DNA of 64,000 nucleotides from Thermoplasmata archaeon (lineage in GTDB: Archaea; Thermoplasmatota; Thermoplasmata; RBG-16-68-12; JAGMCJ01), in assembly GCA_046761045.1 (NCBI GenBank), contig JBHIFJ010000003.1:4835-68834 (forward strand), written 5' to 3'. Made by a program: the position numbers and the translations under genes. Position 1 is the stretch's first letter, and the number at the start of each line of letters is the position of its first letter. Below are positions 61,330 through 64,000 of the stretch, one piece after another. Under the pieces are notes generated by a model, which saw only the letters and a program-made list of their open reading frames with translations, did no database searches and had not been told where the DNA came from.

Positions 61330-61515
61330 TCGGGGAAAGAACCTATCCCTTGCTTGCCAGCATTCCGGACGATGTGTGTCCATGTTTCACTTCAGAGTTA
61401 TTTTTCACTGCGTGCGATGCAATTGAGGCCCCTCTCTTGTTCTCTGACGCCCGAGTTGTTTCTCCGCCAAACCAAAGGAAAGTCTAATATCGCAGGCTTT
61501 CAGATTTACATTGGC

Positions 61516-62016
61516 ATGACCAACTACGCTGAGGACTTGGAGGCCACGAAGGGTCTGCCCGACGTATTCGAACTGGTCAAGAAGGCGGTTGAGCAGGAGC
61601 TGGGGAAGAAGAGGGCTGGCCTCATGCTCGGCCTCTCCGAGCTCGGCGGGACCAGGTCTGGATGGATCGGGGCCTATTACCCTGTATCGTCGAACATCAT
61701 CGTGATGAACAAGACGTCGCTGAGGCTGATTGGGGAAACCAATCCATCATTGGTGAAGTCGTATTCCTTCCATATACTGCTTCACGAGTACCTCCACACA
61801 ATTGGCATAATAGACGAGAGAAGGACACGTCAAGAGGCCGTGGGGATAAGCAGGAGGCTCTTTGGGCCTGACCATCCAGCAACCAAAATGGCAGAGGACA
61901 TCACGGAATTCTTTGACTACATCGTGTATCCTGTGTACGGCTGGATTCCACCGGAGCAATCCCAGCTTGAAATAGTAGAGGGCTTCGACAGGTCAAGTGT
62001 GACCTATATCACGTAG
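61516..62016 (+). CDS. Putative minimal zinc metalloprotease (HExxH)
   Basis: I place the start at ATG 61516 (MTNYAEDLEA...). A single HEYLH motif is present in a protein of about 166 aa. The family is not recognised. Confidence 0.45.
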   Translation: MTNYAEDLEATKGLPDVFELVKKAVEQELGKKRAGLMLGLSELGGTRSGWIGAYYPVSSNIIVMNKTSLRLIGETNPSLVKSYSFHILLHEYLHTIGIIDERRTRQEAVGISRRLFGPDHPATKMAEDITEFFDYIVYPVYGWIPPEQSQLEIVEGFDRSSVTYIT

Positions 62017-62057
62017 TTTTGGCAAGCTTTATCCTAACCCTCTCCATCTCGCTGCAC

Positions 62058-62447
62058 ATGCTGCGAATTGGGGAGGTAATGAAGAAGAGCATAATCACAA
62101 TCGATGAGAACGCAACGATCCACGAGGCGTGCATGCTTATGGGGGAGAACCACATCGGAAGCCTCGTGGCCACTCGCGATGGGAAGCCAATCGGCATCTT
62201 CACCGAAAGGGACTTCCTCTCCAAGGTGGTGTGCGCAGGAGCCGACCCTGGCCAGGTTAGGGTCTCAGAGTATATGTCCGAACCGCTGATAACTGTAAAC
62301 CCTCGCTTCACCGTGAGAGAGGCGGCGCGGATAATGAAGGACATGAAAATCAAGCGGCTATTGGTCGTGGACGGAGAGGAGATTGTCGGCATCTTTACGG
62401 CGGCGGATCTCGTTGAGGTCATAGCCGAGACACCTTTCGATTTCTGA
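62058..62447 (+). CDS. CBS-pair protein
   Basis: Two CBS repeats are present (VMKKSIITID...GIFTERDF and YMSEPLITVN...GIFTAADL). The start is uncertain (ATG 62058 or ATG 62079). Confidence 0.75.
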   Translation: MLRIGEVMKKSIITIDENATIHEACMLMGENHIGSLVATRDGKPIGIFTERDFLSKVVCAGADPGQVRVSEYMSEPLITVNPRFTVREAARIMKDMKIKRLLVVDGEEIVGIFTAADLVEVIAETPFDF

Positions 62448-62458
62448 GAGATGAAACC

Positions 62459-62671
62459 ATGGAAAAAGCAGTGTGTGAGGTTTGTGACAACGAATTCGAG
62501 ATGAGCGAGTACGAGAAGAAGCTCAGGAAGTGCCAGTGGTGTGGAAAGACGATTTGCTTCGACTGCACACACTACATGGGCTCAAAGAAGGCAGGGCTCT
62601 ACAGGGACTACATAGACGTCATACGCGTCTGCAAGGAGTGTCAGCCAAAGGTCAAGGAGAGGGCCGAGTGA
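62459..62671 (+). CDS. Stand-alone eight-Cys FYVE/RING-like treble-clef zinc finger protein
   Basis: The 70-aa product has the pattern CEVC-x15-CQWC-x4-CFDC-x21-CKEC. The segment LRKCQWCGKTICFDC resembles the FYVE core RHHCRxCGxxxCxxC. Confidence 0.6.
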   Translation: MEKAVCEVCDNEFEMSEYEKKLRKCQWCGKTICFDCTHYMGSKKAGLYRDYIDVIRVCKECQPKVKERAE

Positions 62672-62693
62672 TGCCCCTTTCCGATGTCGTTGT

Positions 62694-63806
62694 CTAGCCG
62701 GATAGCTCTGCCATGACCTGTGGGAATGCGCTGGTGAATCTTTGGCATTCGTCCTCGGGAACAGAAAACGAGACGCGCACGAACCTTTCGCCGAATCGCC
62801 TGCTCACATAGGTGCCCGCTCGCAGGAAAATGCCGTGCTCGAGCAGGAGCTTCTCTTGAATCCTTTCGGGGATGACGCCAGTGTTGCCGACGTCAATCAC
62901 GAACATGTTCGTGTAGGATGGGTATACAGGGAGGAACGCCCCCGGGCATTTCTCGACCGCGTCCCTTATCATTGCCTGGTTCCTTCTGCAGATTCCCACG
63001 ACCGTCGATATCCACTCCCTTTTTGTCTGAAGGGCTGCCAAGGCGGCTCTCTGCGCGAGAATGTTCACCGAGAGTGCATTTGTGTTGTACTTCGCGAACA
63101 GATCCGTGAGGTCGGGGCTGGCAAGGGCCGCACCGATTCTCATTCCTGCCAGCCCGCAGTTCTTTGAGAAGCTGTATATGAGAATCGACTTTTCAGGGTA
63201 GAACTCCGACGTCACGTGATGGTCATCTGCAAAGTCTCTGTAGGTGATATCATCCAGAAGATACAGATTGTTGTCCATCGCTATCTCCGAGATTGCTCTG
63301 ACCTCTTCGCCATTGTATCCGCTTCCGAGAGGATTGAGCGGATCGATGAGAAGCACAATCTTCGTCTTCTTTGTGATCGCTTCGTTTACACTGTCAGGGG
63401 TAATCTTCCACGGGCTTGCGTACACTGGAATCTCGATCGTCTTTGCATTGCTGAGGGAAATCTGGTGATGGATGGGCAGGAAGCTCGGGTCGGTAGCGAT
63501 GACCTCGTCCCCCCTCTTGAGAAGCGCCCTTGTCACTATGTAGAGGGCTTCGATTCCGCCATTGGTGAGGAGCACATCATAGTCCGGGACCCCCAAGTCC
63601 TCCTTTATCGCCTCAGGGAGTCCAAAGAGACCGTTTTTGTACGGATAGAGGGCATATTCTCTCCTCTCGACAGCCTCGTGTACGGCTTCCTGTATTGCTG
63701 GTGTCGTGAAGAGTGTGTTCGTGTTTTGACTCATCCAAACGGTCTTGTCCCTGTTCTGGTGTGCATATAGAAAGGGGTCCATGATCTCACCTGTTCTGGC
63801 GGTCAT
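62694..63806 (-). CDS. Class I/II PLP-dependent aminotransferase
   Basis: I place the start at ATG 63806 (MTARTGEIMDPF...), with ATG 63782 as an alternative. The YSFSKNCGLAGMRIG block holds the PLP-lysine motif (SxSK), and NPLNPLG and the overall length fit the family. Confidence 0.8.
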   Translation of the reverse strand: MTARTGEIMDPFLYAHQNRDKTVWMSQNTNTLFTTPAIQEAVHEAVERREYALYPYKNGLFGLPEAIKEDLGVPDYDVLLTNGGIEALYIVTRALLKRGDEVIATDPSFLPIHHQISLSNAKTIEIPVYASPWKITPDSVNEAITKKTKIVLLIDPLNPLGSGYNGEEVRAISEIAMDNNLYLLDDITYRDFADDHHVTSEFYPEKSILIYSFSKNCGLAGMRIGAALASPDLTDLFAKYNTNALSVNILAQRAALAALQTKREWISTVVGICRRNQAMIRDAVEKCPGAFLPVYPSYTNMFVIDVGNTGVIPERIQEKLLLEHGIFLRAGTYVSRRFGERFVRVSFSVPEDECQRFTSAFPQVMAELSG

Positions 63807-64000
63807 GTGGATTCGGTACAAATCTAAATTCTTTGCGGTGAAAACGCCGTCGAACCTGGGTGTCTGCGAAGCAACTCCCAGGATGAGCTTTCGGCTACAG
63901 CTAATGCCGGAACTGACAAGCAGAGGCAACATAAGCCAGTACATTCACTCAGCCCTCCCCCTGAACCTTAAGTTCGGCTACAGCTATTGCCGAAACTCTT

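Noticed and set aside
63815-63836. GGTACAAATCTAAATT, which resembles the CGTACAAAT-N4-TATA operator.
   Set aside because: It matches only 8 of the 9 core bases, lacks the upstream TACAAAA half-site, and has different spacing. On the reverse strand the AT-rich part is simply the TATA box of the aminotransferase gene (ATG 63806).
1-64000. A search by eye for CRISPR arrays, rRNA genes, prophage, defence or toxin-antitoxin modules, and long tandem repeats.
   Set aside because: No regularly spaced short repeats were seen, and none of the other features was recognised. The only long DNA-level repeat is the SBP paralogue tract reported above.

Overview
This 64 kb window is a densely coded archaeal chromosomal segment. 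The archaeal hallmarks are aIF5A, Nop5, RtcB, archaemetzincin, AT-rich TATA boxes about 25-35 nt upstream of many start codons, and frequent GTG/TTG starts. The lineage cannot be assigned without a database search. I found no rRNA, no CRISPR array, no intact mobile element and no recognisable defence or phage genes.

The content falls into four blocks:
1. 0-7 kb holds housekeeping and redox genes: DedA, dihydroorotase, AMMECR1, a CBS protein, a V4R plus Roadblock pair, and tungsten-type aldehyde:ferredoxin oxidoreductase with its ferredoxin.
2. 7-20 kb holds a membrane-tethered double winged-helix regulator followed by an Opp/Dpp-type ABC importer operon in which every component carries an extra module. 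The modules include a nested Kelch/PQQ-like beta-propeller of roughly 830 aa inside the OppC-type permease and a PHD/RING-like zinc finger on one ATPase. Three promoters in this block share an exactly spaced 29-nt element.
3. 20-42 kb holds mixed housekeeping genes: two tRNA-Val genes, Nnr, an MFS transporter, RtcB, an ABC-2 exporter, agmatinase with aIF5A, a second inverted copy of the binding protein, Nop5, MtnA and others.
4. 42-61 kb is a cytochrome-c-centred electron-transport block. It encodes a membrane-anchored multihaem cytochrome c, TatA/TatC, and an orphan NrfC/NrfD-type module coupled to an uncharacterised doubly anchored surface protein. It also encodes a Rieske plus split cytochrome b complex and a complete archaeal-variant System I maturation set (CcmABCDE, a thioredoxin-like protein, CcmF). 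A transposase fragment in this block abuts a truncated cytochrome gene.

The most promising undescribed systems are the decorated ABC importer with its candidate one-component regulator and shared operator, and the catalytic-subunit-less NrfCD module next to a cytochrome-c1-less Rieske/cyt b complex. All family calls are made by eye from motifs. None has been checked against a database.
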